Source: Chanos chanos
Taxonomy: Eukaryota
DNA length: 64,000 nt
NCBI RefSeq assembly: GCF_902362185.1
Contig: NC_044504.1
Coordinates: 33,156,702-33,220,701 of the forward strand
Direction: 5' to 3'
Shown piece after piece: positions 1 through 11,339 of this stretch. The translations under genes were made by a program, and so were the position numbers. How positions within the stretch are numbered: position 1 is the stretch's first letter; the number at the start of each line of letters is the position of its first letter. The notes below the pieces were generated by a model that had not been told where the DNA came from, did no database searches, and was given only the letters and a program-made list of their open reading frames with translations.

Positions 1-370
1 GCAGAAGTGGTGTTCTTGATGAAGTTGCCCCATAGGCCATCCTTGAGGTGGACTGTGCCCTTGAAGAGGTTGTTTGAGCACAGGAGGTCAAATGAAGGGT
101 TGGATCAGATATAGTAACCCATACATCTGTTAGATCAATGTGCTGCTTTCGGGGATCAGAGGGTTGTGAAATTTGATTTATCAATGGTTCACAAATCTTT
201 TTGGCCTGTTTTGTGACGAGGTCTTCTAATTTCTTTTTCACAAATTCATCTGTCTTTTCTTGTTGATAGCCTTCATACAGAGTCTTGTAATATGGCTTGA
301 AATGCAAACGAAAACAAGAAATCACCATCCATAGGACTGAGATTGCTGCTAGAAGGCCCAATCCGATGAG
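1..370 (-). CDS. CALHM/FAM26-family paralog A, exon 2 (3' end truncated by window start; stop lies ~6-8 nt before position 1)
   Basis: Near-identical to copy B exon 2 (position 1 corresponds to 3709). Minus-strand acceptor ttttcaag|CTCATCGGA gives LIGLGLLAAISVLWM...KPYYKTLYEDYQQEK.., the CALHM TM4 plus C-terminal helix pattern. Confidence 0.7.
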
Positions 371-524
371 CTTGAAAAAGATTAACAAACATTGTTACAA
401 ACTCCATTTGTAAATGCATTTTGGCCTGTTATTCCAGGTATTTCACAAAAGATTATTTTCTACTCACTTTTCAGTCCAGTACATTTTTCTGTCCAATCAT
501 TATGCAGCTATTCAGTATACTTAC

Positions 525-1001
525 ACGTGAATCAGCCTTATGTAGTCTCAGAGTTTCAAGCTCCTCAGCAGATTGTTTCTCTTTACAAGTGATTTGCTCT
601 TGCCCAGCTGTGGCAGTATGGTTTGTGGTCATAAGACACACGTACCAGTCTCCATCCATAAATGCTGTAACAATCCATAGTGTCCCAACAGTGAAGGCTT
701 TAAGGAGACATCTGAAGATAGTACATGAGTTGTAATTGATGTGGTTTCTGCATTGACCTTTGACACAGATTCTGATGGACAGCCCATCAATGATGAGTGT
801 AATCAAGAAAAGTATGATGAATGGTGCAAGCATGTAAACAAAGCAGACTGCATAGTTTTTCACTGGATCACATGGACATTCAAATTCCAGTTTGAACAGA
901 TACTGAAATATGACAAAAAGAATAACAAATGCAAATGCACTGCCTGTTAGCAATGCGGTTAGTACTTTGATGGTGAACTCTGGATGTACTGGACGTGCCA
1001 T
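525..1001 (-). CDS. CALHM/FAM26-family paralog A, exon 1 (ATG 1001..999; 159 codons; donor CGT|GTAAGT)
   Basis: Protein MARPVHPEF...FKLEFECPCDPVKNYAVCFVYMLAPFIILFLITL...AFMDGDWYVCL...LHKADSR. It matches the CALHM1 N-terminal architecture (FDFNCPC ... LLAPPLVLFLLGL ... TLLDGKCFLC). Canonical GTAAGT donor, phase 0. Confidence 0.75.
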
Positions 1002-3699
1002 TTTGATTAAACAGTATTTAGTACTATGTCCTGAAAATGTTGTCTACAAGTTCTTGACCAAAAAAAGAAAGAAAGAAAGAAAAGCATAAGTCAAACGGAA
1101 ATCTGTTTCATGCCACAAAATTTATCACAAAACCTCACATGTTGTTGTAACAGTCCCTCTGTTTATGTACAGCATTCTCAAAAGAAGTCCATTCACTTTC
1201 TGTTAACAAAATAGATGGTATAAAATGCAAGGACAGGTTTAGTGAAATGAAAATAACCAGCAGTCCATGATGTTTTGTTAAAATCCAATATTAGTCTATA
1301 ATGAAAAAATCATCTGAAGTAATAAAGCTACAAAATGCACTTGTCCAAGAGAGACACCTCTTGAGCATTTCTGCTCCAAAATTCAGATGGTCCTGAAGCA
1401 TTGTAAGGACTGGGAATTAAATAATCCCAAATCCTGATATCCTGATTGGATAAAAAAAAAGGTGCAGCTGACTGGATAATATCCTGCACAAGAGATTCTC
1501 CTCACAGATAGCGCAATCTAAAAATGTTTTGTGCTGCTTTTATACTGTCTATGTATACCTCAGAGGAGGAGCCTGCGATGTTTACTGCAAACTTTCTACT
1601 AACTCTTCTTGCATATTTCATAAAGAGACCTGGGAAACAAAAAAAGAAAACCGACAGTTTTGATTCTGCGGTGCCCACAGTTAGCTAAGTTCCTGTTCTG
1701 TGAAGTACAGCTTTGCATTGTGTTTTTTCTACAGGTGCATCTCAGTTCATTCCCACATTCAAGCCCAGACCTTGTCTTACATGTCTCGGTGTAAAAATCT
1801 GTTGTCTCACCTCGATGATCAAAAAAGTGCTGACAACAGGCTGGAGAAAGCAGAGACCGAAAATGGGAAAGGCTGTGGGAAAGGTTGGGGTAATACTGTG
1901 GTAAGCAAAGAAGGAGACTCAGCACATGAAAAGATAGACTTTCTATCTGCTCCAGCATCTCATTGTTCAATTCTTATATTGCGGACTATTTTTACCACAA
2001 AAGATAGGCACATGTGAAAAAAAAACACAGTATATCTGTTTGTCAGAATCTGTTCTAGTTTTCGGCTGTGCCCGTGGTTACAGAGCTTCCTGTCTCACGG
2101 TCTGCAGCATTTAAAAACTTGCATTTGGTCCACCAGTTATATCAGCTTAACTTTTTCCCACGAGCATTCAACCACGGGCCTTTATCTTCTTAACTTTCTC
2201 TAGCTTCCACACCTTCTAGAGATAGTCGTTATATGTTTGTGGCTATGAGCAATCTCTAAGAATGAAGCTATGTGTGATTTTTAATTAATTATAGACTAGA
2301 ATTTACTACATACTACAGTGCTTAAAAACGTTGTTGTTTTTTTCATATTTCAGGTATCCATCCAACACTCCTGCAAATGTCATAAACTCAACTATTAGGA
2401 GGTTAAATGTCACCAAGAGGTATAAATTTCCTGAGGCTCACTGTCTTTTTGGAAAAGGACTGTTACATTTTGTGCTAGAGATGCTTGGGTGGGTAGGAAT
2501 TATTCACCCTTCTACTTCACCTGCAACTTCAGGATTTTTATATGTTGGGGGAAAAAACATGAAGGTCTTCGACCTTGCATTGACTATAGCATGCTAAGAT
2601 CTCACCATGGAGTTTTGTTACCCCATTATATACAACTACCCCTTATAGATCATACTTAATGCCTCATAATGATTTAAAGTATGTTTCTCTGCAGGTTTGT
2701 CTTTGAAAGCTTGGTGGTGTATAAGGTCTCTCCACAGCAGAAGAGAAAGGAACCAAACCAGAGAGTTGTGTCTCTCCTTCACCAAACTCCTTAGGTGACC
2801 TGAGGGTCATGTTTGGCATCTAGAGGCAATAAAATGGGTGGTCTACTTAAAGACAAGGAGTCCTGTTAATGACTTGAGAATAAGAATATGAACCTAATTA
2901 ATGTACATGAGAATCTAGGGACCTAATAAATATGTACAGAAAGTGCACAATAGGGGACTTTAGGCTCTACAGAACAGCCCCAGTCAACCAACTCTGAGCT
3001 GAACTTAAAAGATTCTTTTTTAATGATATTTCTGTTTGTGTAACTATATGTTGTTGAATTTTAAGGGGTAATGAGTTATATTTCTGAACTATGTTTCTGA
3101 TACAGTGCTGTGTGTGTTGATAAAGGACCTGAAAATTTCTTGGTGATGCATATTTTAACAAAAGATGCAGAGTTGGAGTAGAGGAATTATAAATTATGAA
3201 TTTTATTTATATGGCAAAAAGAGAAAAGATAGGTGTTTGACTACAAAAAGAGGAAAAAAACAAGCAGTTAACAAATTATTTGGCCAAAAATCTTCTTGAG
3301 CAAATCATTAATCCGCACATGACCCTGATAATAGTAATTTTGAGCACATGTTATATACTTCAAATGCATCCAGTTCCAGTACGTCATCAATAACTAAACG
3401 CCGTTTTTTGAAGAAATAATCACTTATTGAGGAACATATACAGACTGATTTGTTCTCGTACAGAAAGACAGAGGTTCTGCACTTGCACACAAGGTGAGCT
3501 CACTTTTCCAACACAGAGCACCAAAGTTTACTCTCCATATTCAGACTGGTTCAAGTGTCTTGTCTGTGGGCATGTATTCCTGTGTTCCTTTCCAGGTGCA
3601 GATGGTTTATTTGTTCCTTAAATACCTACACTTAGTCTCTAAACCATGAGTTGATCACGCAAGGCATTCCAGTCAAAGTACATGAGAGTGTCTGTTGGA

Positions 3700-4077
3700 T
3701 CATGACGGCAGAAGTGGTGTTCTTGATGAAGTTGCCCCATAGGCCATCCTTGAGGTGGACTGTGCCCTTGAAGAGGTTGTTTGAGCACAGGAGGTCAAAT
3801 GAAGGGTTGGATCAGAGAGAGTAACCCATACATCTGTTATGTCACTGTGCTGATTTGAGGGATCAGAGGGTTGTGAAATTTGATTTATCAGTGGTTCACA
3901 AATCTTTTGGGCCTGTTTTTTGACTAACTCTTCTAATTCCTTTTTCACAAATTCATCTGTCTTTTCTTGTTGATAGTCTTGATACAGAGTCTTGTAATAT
4001 GGCTTGAAGCGCAAACGAAAACAAGAAATCACCATCCATAGGACTGAGATTGCTGCTAGAAGGCCAAATCCGATGAT
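3700..4077 (-). CDS. CALHM/FAM26-family paralog B, exon 2 (includes stop TGA 3702..3700)
   Basis: Acceptor ttttcaag|ATCATCGGA. Encodes IIGFGLLAAISVLWMVISCFRLRFKPYYKTLYQDYQQEKTDEFVKKELEELVKKQAQKI..., the CALHM C-terminal half. Phase 0 with exon 1. Confidence 0.75.
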   Translation of the reverse strand: MIGFGLLAAISVLWMVISCFRLRFKPYYKTLYQDYQQEKTDEFVKKELEELVKKQAQKICEPLINQISQPSDPSNQHSDITDVWVTLSDPTLHLTSCAQTTSSRAQSTSRMAYGATSSRTPLLPS

Positions 4078-4221
4078 CTTGAAAAAGATTAACAAACATT
4101 GTTATAAACTCCATTTATAAATGCATTTTGGCCTGTTATTCACAAAGGATTATTATCTATTCATTTGTCAGTCCAATACATTTTTCTGTCCAATCATTAT
4201 GCAGCTATTCAGTATACTTAC

Positions 4222-4722
4222 ACGTGAATCAGCCTTATGTAGTCTCAGAGTTTCAAGCTCCTCAGCAGACTGTTTCTTCTTACACATGACCTGTTCGTGC
4301 CAAGCAGTGGCATTATGGTTTGTGGTTGCAAGACACACATACCAGTCCCCATCGATAAACGCTGTGACGATCCAGAGTATCCCGGCAGTGAAGCCTTTAA
4401 GGAGACATCTCAAGATGGTGCAACAGTTGTATTTGATGTGACTTCTGCACTGACATTTGACACAGATTCTGATGAGCAGCCCATCAATGGTAAGTGTGAT
4501 CAAGAAAAGTATGATGAATGGCACAAACATGTAAACAAAGCAGACTGCATAGTTTTTCACGGGATCACACGGACACTCAAATTCAAGTTTGAACAGATAC
4601 TGATACACTACAAAAAAAAACACAAGTGTAAATGCGCTGCCTGTTTGTAATGATTTCATTGCTTTGTCACTGAAGTGTGGATGTTCTTGATCATGATGCC
4701 CTGGTTGCTCTGGATGCACCAT
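4222..4722 (-). CDS. CALHM/FAM26-family paralog B, exon 1 (ATG 4722..4720; 167 codons)
   Basis: MVHPEQPGHHDQEHPHFSDKAMKSL...FKLEFECPCDPVKNYAVCFVYMFVPFIILFLITL...AFIDGDWYVCL...ADSR|GTAAGT. About 85% identical to copy A except a divergent, His-rich N-terminus. Confidence 0.75.
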
Positions 4723-6109
4723 TTTGATTAAAAGAAGCGTTCACAGCTTGCTCCTGAAAATGTAGCAGGCAAATATTGTTTCAAAAAAAAGCACGTCATA
4801 TATGTCAGAATTTATCACAATTCATCATACTTATCAGAAAACATCATTCACATTGTTATAATATAACAGACGTTCAGGTCTTGCGGAGTACTCCAAAAAT
4901 AATTCTATACACCTTTAAAAGAAGGATTAATAGCATAACAGCAGAATGTGAGGGATGATGATGATGAAGTTCACATGGACGCTAAAAATCCAGCTAAAAA
5001 TAAACTCTGGAAACTTATGAAAAATTCAAAATTAAAAAGTATACTTGCCACAAAGAAACACTTCAAGAGCCTCTCTGCTGTAAAATTCAGATGGTCCTGA
5101 AAAAATGTTCTGAGAATTACTGAGAATTAAATTCTCCCGATTCAGAGATGGCAAAATGAGCAACGGGGGACCATGTGAGTGCCCAGTAAGAGAATACTTT
5201 GTTCTGCTTTTATATTCTCGACATGAGAGGCGGAGCATAGAAGATTTGCCACAAATTTTTCATGTAGTCTTTCTTTTATATACATCATGCCTTGAATGTA
5301 AAAGAAAAAAAAAACTGGTCTGGTTTTCTGCTGTGGGCATTGTAGCCTCTGCTCCTTGTTTACTCTGCAGGTGCATCTTAATTCATTCTCACGGAAGTAT
5401 AAGCCACAAGGTCACATGACCTGTTATAAACGTGATAACTCAATCTGTTAAAACTGCCTTTGATCTTGTCTGCCCTCTAGAAATTGCTGCAATCTATGCA
5501 GATGAGTGGTCTCCATGAATGAAGCCATCCGTGATTTTAAAGCTAATTGTACTTTGGCATTTAAACTACTTATACAGCTTTTTCATATTTAAAGTATCCA
5601 TTCAGTCCTTCTAATTTCAACAATTGTGCAAATATATGAATTTTAGCAGTCACAGTAGGTGGCTAGTGCTATCAGCAATCATTGAAGAACAAAATCATTT
5701 AAAGATTTTTTTTTCAAACTAACTTGAGATACTGGAGGAGCATTAGAGAAGATTCTGTCTTTTCCCCCTACTGGGCAGGCAGATTGCAGAGACCTGTTGA
5801 GTAGCAAACTGCTTCATGCAATAATAGACTAGATTCATGACTAGATGTATGCAAAGGCAAAGTTTGAATAACATTTTGTAAGGGCATGCATCAAGGATAG
5901 CAGCATGTTGTAGCCTGACAATGTTCTCAAGCTCACAACTTGTGATAAAAGCATTTTGCATTCACAATGCAAAAAATATTCTTTTCCTTAAAGAGTAATC
6001 ATGCTGTTCTGGTGCGAGTTCCAAGAAGAAATCGGTTCTTAATTCCCAGCCCTCCGTGTGATTAAGCTATTGGTGGTGTATGTAGCTATGGTGAGGAAAG
6101 AATCGATTG

Positions 6110-6425
6110 ATAAAAGAATTAGACTTCTTTTCTGACAAATTCCTGTGGCAATACTTTCACTATAGGGATCCATAGATCAGACTGAATGAAGGCTTTCACT
6201 TTCTTCTTAAGAGTGCAGTTTGGGCGAGGCTTCTAAGGTTGCCTAGAGTGACCCCTGGTGGCACAAAGAAAAACTGCAAAACAATACAGTGCAGTGTGAC
6301 AGTGTGGTCAAAACCAGTGTCACTCCTTCCACAGTTTCTCCAATATGTCATGGCCAGTTAAACAAATATATGTCTTAAGAACAGTACATCTGAAATACGA
6401 GTGAGCATTTTAATCAAGTAATAAT
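6110..6425. repeat. Dispersed repeat, copy 1 of 2 (second copy at 18555-18800)
   Basis: Shared blocks: ttcctgtggcaatac..tccatagatcagactgaatgaaggct; aaaactgcaaaacaatacagtg; gatacatctgaaatacgagtgagcattttaatcaag. These match 18560-18800 in the same orientation. Confidence 0.5.
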
Positions 6426-6899
6426 AGTGGCTATTTGGCGTGTCATGGTTTTTGAATTGTATAGCAGGTAGGCGTCAAGAACATATATATGAAATAGTTT
6501 AGCTTTTACATGGCGCTAAAGATTTTATTAAGATCTTTATTTTTAAGAATTTTATTACTGAACCTCAGGAGAACTTACGTGTTTGACTGATAGTGTCATG
6601 TAACACCAACTGAGTTCAACGAGCCACCTGTAGCTACTTTCCCGTTGTTGTCCTTGTTGTTGTTTTTCTCACACTGTCTTTCCTGGAGCTTTACAAGTGC
6701 TGCTCATCTCTGGGGCTTATCTTTACACCCATCCTATCTGCCAAACATAAAAGTCTGTGCAGGCATATGAAGGCAACAGCTATATACCAAGAAAGATTTT
6801 TTTAATGTCAGGCTTCCATTCTGAGTCATACTTGGCTGAGGAAGCAGTGAGGCTGCAACATTGTTACAGCTAATCAGCTGCCGCGGTAAGTTTGTAACA

Positions 6900-7080
6900 C
6901 ATCAAATGAGTCCTGTTATTTTTACCTCCATCCTGAAAAAGGATCTGTCATTTATGCTAGTTCTGCTGAAAGTGTTTCTATGTGGATTACCCGTCTGACA
7001 AGCTGCAAGACACATGTCATGGGTTGCTTGTCGGGTGTCCAGTGGGAGAAACGAAACTCTCGGATTTGCCAACCGTTATT
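6900..7080. repeat. Dispersed repeat, copy 1 of 2 (second copy at 20990-21200)
   Basis: tttctatgtggattacccgtctgacaag...gtcatgggttgcttgtc...gagaaacgaaactc matches tttctatgtggattacctgactaacaag...gtcataggttccttgtc...gagaaatgaaactt at 21090-21190. Confidence 0.5.
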
Positions 7081-7317
7081 GCCTACGTAAAAACTTTCTG
7101 TACTAGGCTATAATAAAACACACCGATACAGGCAGAAAATATGTACAAAATAGATACAGTGTAAATTGTAGAATACAGCAGTCAGTTGGTTGAATTCTTC
7201 ATTCTACACATGGTTATGTATAAAGGTTACATTAGCACAGCTACCCATCCTTAGTTTGAATGAAACAAAGTTTGTAAATTATTACATTTATAAATCATTG
7301 TTAAATATGGAGAATTA

Positions 7318-7550
7318 CAGAGCCCCTAAAGTCCCAAGACGTGATTTTTTTTTTTTTTAAATCTTGTGTGCACAAGTTACTGTCTTGTGGGAACAAGTTA
7401 GTATCTCGTGCAAACAAAATAATTATCTTGTGCAAACAAGATAGATAATTATCTTGTGCAAACAAGATAGATAATAACTTGTTTTCACAAGATAATTATC
7501 TTGTTCGCACAAGAAAAAAAGTATCACCTTTCAGGACTTTAGGGGCTCAG
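7318..7550. mobile_element. MITE-like non-autonomous DNA transposon (Tc1/mariner-like, TA-flanked) with about 17-bp terminal inverted repeats
   Basis: Left end TA|cagagcccctaaagtcc and right end ggactttaggggctcag|TA are 16/17 inverse-complementary. The 233-bp body holds nested palindromic subrepeats (cttgtgcaaacaagatagataattatcttgtgcaaacaag...). A poly-T run follows the left TIR. Confidence 0.6.
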
Positions 7551-7735
7551 TAGAGATTAGCTTATTTGCTAGAAAACTATACTTTCATAATAATTTAATC
7601 AAATGAGTAAGGAAGAGGTCTACTAGCCAAGATCAATTATTAGCTTACTTGCATAAGCATGATTAAATGAATAGTTTGTTAGCCTGTTATCTCTAGAATG
7701 AAGCTTAGGAAAACATTTGAAATGCTGACACTCTA

Positions 7736-7772
7736 ATGATGATGATGATGATGATGATGATGATAATGATGA
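7736..7772. repeat. (ATG/GAT)n trinucleotide microsatellite
   Basis: gatgatgatgatgatgatgatgatgataatgatga. Confidence 0.9.
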
Positions 7773-10356
7773 TACATCAGACAGCATGCAACTGTCATCC
7801 CGCTGGTCAAAATTTCTTTAAACCAATGCTTTTTTTCTGGCATCAAGCTAATGTAAGCTGAGGTAAGGTAATCTGCTATCTGTATAACTTGAAAGTTATT
7901 GTCATATAAATAGAAAAGTATAACATGTCAGATATTCAATTTACTTGTTGTTCTATTCATACTGTTTGTATAGTTGACTTAATATTATAAGACATATGTA
8001 AGTAACATATATTTATAGACAAAGCAATGGCTAGTCGAAGAGAAAAGAAATGTTATTGTTGCATTGTGTTTTTATCTGTGAAACGAAAATGATTTCAAAT
8101 CAACCTAAAATGGAAAGCCATTAAAGAAATCACTGGTCTATCTGACGGATGACCACATTCTTCCGCTCCATTTCATGCTTATTTCATCTATCCTACCTTA
8201 GACATCCATTCTGAGACTGGAAACACTCTTACTAGAATAACCACAGACAAGAAACCTATGACATCTCGTGCCTTGACACTCAGGCAACCCACATAAAAGC
8301 ACGTCCTAAACAGAATTAATATAAATAACTTCTCCTTTTTTCTGTGAGATTGAAACAATCATAACAGTTTGATGCAGCAAAAAATTACAGAAGTAATACG
8401 TCTACCTGAATACCTATAACATCATTATAACCTCATTAATTCTTCAGCCAAGCATTATTCTGTCAGTTTGTGATTCAATATAATAGTGTGGTTTCTGAAT
8501 GTGTCGTTAACACTTACATCCAGTGTTTCAGTCATGACAAAGGACCAGTTTTTGTTGTTTGTTTAATTTTTGTTAGGTTTTTTGTTTGTTTTGTTTTTTG
8601 GAGGAGGGGGTTTTGAGGGGGGGTTGTTGTTGTTGTTCTAGGGGTTGTAACTGTGAACTGTTAAAGATTTGAAATAATTACCGATGTGAGTGTTGTGTCT
8701 TTTTTTTCTTCTCAGAGTTGTGAATTGCAGAGTCGGTGAGCATCAAGATCAAGAAGTATTTTAAACACACAGTGACACTGAAACAAGGGGACAATCTGAT
8801 AAGAGTCAGGAAATATTTCTGCATTTTAAATGTTTTCATTAACTGAATGTAAACAGCTTTGACAAACAGTTTAACCTGAATTTAGACTGAGAAGTTGCCC
8901 TGTCTGTCAGATCAACACTTTGTCTGTTCTTTCTGTTTTCATTATCAGGCCATTCTTAGGTTTCCCAGTATGTAATGTTGTATGTGGGGCAGCTGTAAAA
9001 GCGCCAAGAAATATTTGAATATGTACAAGCTTCAGTCTCATGTGTTACTCCATAAAATGATAGAATTTGCCCTAGGATATTTGGCATAAAACCAAATTAA
9101 CAATTCAGAAACTGAAAGTGTTTCTTCTGTGTACATACCAGCCAAGACATGTGGGACATCATTCCATTATTCCTTTTTTCTTACAATGAGAAAAACCATC
9201 ATGAGAAACTTTCTTATGATACTTAGAAGGGTATGAGGCACACACAGTTTCAGGTAACATAAATTACAACCTGTTTTCTGTCTAAAAATGCAAAAAAAAA
9301 ATGTCAGTCAGTGTAATGCTGTCATTGTCTCACATGAAGGTCAGAGTTTTCAAATAAACTGGAACAATGCATGTGGAAACTTAAATGGTGCTAACTGGGA
9401 ACAATTGGAGAGTGCTTTTAACAGAAACCAGAGCTTTTCTCATTAAGCTGTGTACATTTTCACCTGCTTCTGAACCACTTGCATCAAAATTGTGGGATTT
9501 TAAATCATTCAGGACTTTCATTCATCTGTTCTTTGTGTTTGATCGCTTTAGTAGTTATTGTGTCCTTTGCTTATAAAATTGCAACAGATTTAATAAAAAC
9601 AACCATTTGACTAGAATTTCAACTCAAATCTCCAAAGTTCCACATATTTAGAATGGAAAACAATGCAGGTAAGTTGTGCATCAATTCTCTAAAGAGGTAT
9701 TTTGTTGTGGATATTGTCTTGGGAAAAAATCTATTGTTCAAACAATACGTTGCAAAGTTTTGAGAAAATGAACTACATGTATTTCTGTTACAGTGGTGTG
9801 TGCTTGTTTAGATATGTGACAGCCTCTCTGTGCGACATGGATTAACAAAAGAATGCAACGTTGGAGTAGACAACAAAAATTGTACTTTATTCATAGTGCA
9901 AAAATTTCAAAAGGTGGTAGTTTGATTACAGAAGCACAAGAAACCCACAGCAAACCAGCAAATTCTTTGTGTAAAAATTACCACAAGACAAAATCATGTT
10001 TATCTGTCTTCACAACTTTGGTTTTAATAAATCAAATGAATGTGTGTATGCCATAGTACACTCACCATTTCATACACACAGTGAATACACAAAATCCATC
10101 TTTAGTTTTCTGTTAATAATAAAACATATAATTTCATGAAGCACTAAGACTGATTGGCACAATAGTGAGAAGACCATAGATTCCTTGCATAAAAGAAAGA
10201 ATTGAGCATACTTGTCAAACATAGAGCACCAAAAATGTACTTCATATTCAGAGTGGTTAGAGTCTCCTGTTGCCAGGCATGCATTCTTGGAGCACAGTAG
10301 CTGATGGAGTATCTCTCTTTGTCCACACCACGTTAAATGACTTTGTGTGAAAGTGC

Positions 10357-10731
10357 TTAAGAATAGGACTCCTGTGACATTAGTGGTTCTTCTGATGAAG
10401 ATGATGCTGAAGTAATTTCTGGTGTTGAAGAGGTTTCCAGATGAAGGATTGGGTCTGATATTATAACCCACGAATGTGACTGATCCAGTGATTGATTTTG
10501 TGGATCAGTGGACTGTGAGATTTGTCTCCTCAGATTATTTAAATGCCCTCGGCAGATATTTTCAGCCTGATTTTTGGCAATCTCTTGTAATGTCTTTTCC
10601 AGGTGGGCAGCAGTCTCTTCCTGTAGATAGTCTTCATAAGCACTCTTGTAAAACGGTTTACAGCACAAACGGACACAGGAAATCACCATCCATATGACCG
10701 AAACTGCTGCTAGAAGGCTCAAGCCAATGAT
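10357..10731 (-). CDS. CALHM/FAM26-family paralog C, exon 2 (includes stop)
   Basis: Acceptor tttttcaag|ATCATTGGC. Encodes IIGLSLLAAVSVIWMVISCVRLCCKPFYKSAYEDYLQEETAAHLEKTLQEIAKNQAENI... Confidence 0.7.
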   Translation of the reverse strand: MIGLSLLAAVSVIWMVISCVRLCCKPFYKSAYEDYLQEETAAHLEKTLQEIAKNQAENICRGHLNNLRRQISQSTDPQNQSLDQSHSWVIISDPILHLETSSTPEITSASSSSEEPLMSQESYS

Positions 10732-10859
10732 CTTGAAAAATATAAATAAACATGGTTATGAAATCCATTTTTTAAACAATTTTACTTGTTATTCCAGGTT
10801 TATAGCATTATTATTTATTCATTTTCCATCAAATCCTTTTTAGCATTTAGTATACTTAC

Positions 10860-11339
10860 ACGTGAATCAGCCCTGAGGTCTTTCATAGTTGCAACTTCAT
10901 TGTTGGAAGGTCTCTCCTTACAAGCCATTTGCTCCTGCCAGGCTGTGATGTTGCCATTGTTGCTTTGTAAACAAACATACCAGTCTCCGTCAATAAACGC
11001 TGTAATGACCCATAGTAAAACAGCCACAGAGGCTTTCACGAGACGGCTACAGAACATGCAGCTGCAGCATGCTTGTCCGCACTGAGAATTTAAACATCTT
11101 GTACAAATCCTCACGAACAGTTTGTCAGTGAGAATTACAATGCAAAAAACAGTGACGGACGGAAGACCTATGTAAACCATGCAGACCTCCAAGTTTTTTT
11201 GTTTGTCACATGGACATTCAAACTCCAGTTTGAACAAGTACTGAAGAATGACAAAAAAAATAACAACTCCAAAAGCGCTGCCTCCCTGTAATTTGTTCAT
11301 CATTTTAGTGGTGAAGTGTGGATGTTCCACAGACACCAT
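10860..11339 (-). CDS. CALHM/FAM26-family paralog C, exon 1 (ATG 11339..11337; 160 codons)
   Basis: MVSVEHPHFTTKMMNKLQGGSAF...FKLEFECPCDKQKNLEVCMVYIGLP...Cys-rich loop CTRCLNSQCGQACCSCMFC...AFIDGDWYVCL...ADSR|GTAAGT. Confidence 0.7.

Noticed and set aside
421-950. Plus-strand ORFs 421-735, 392-592, 741-950 (and equivalents 4121-4441, 4297-4650, 10786-11085, 10476-10697, 20158-20340)
   Set aside because: Antisense to CALHM coding exons, with no homology. The minus-strand frames carry the family motifs.
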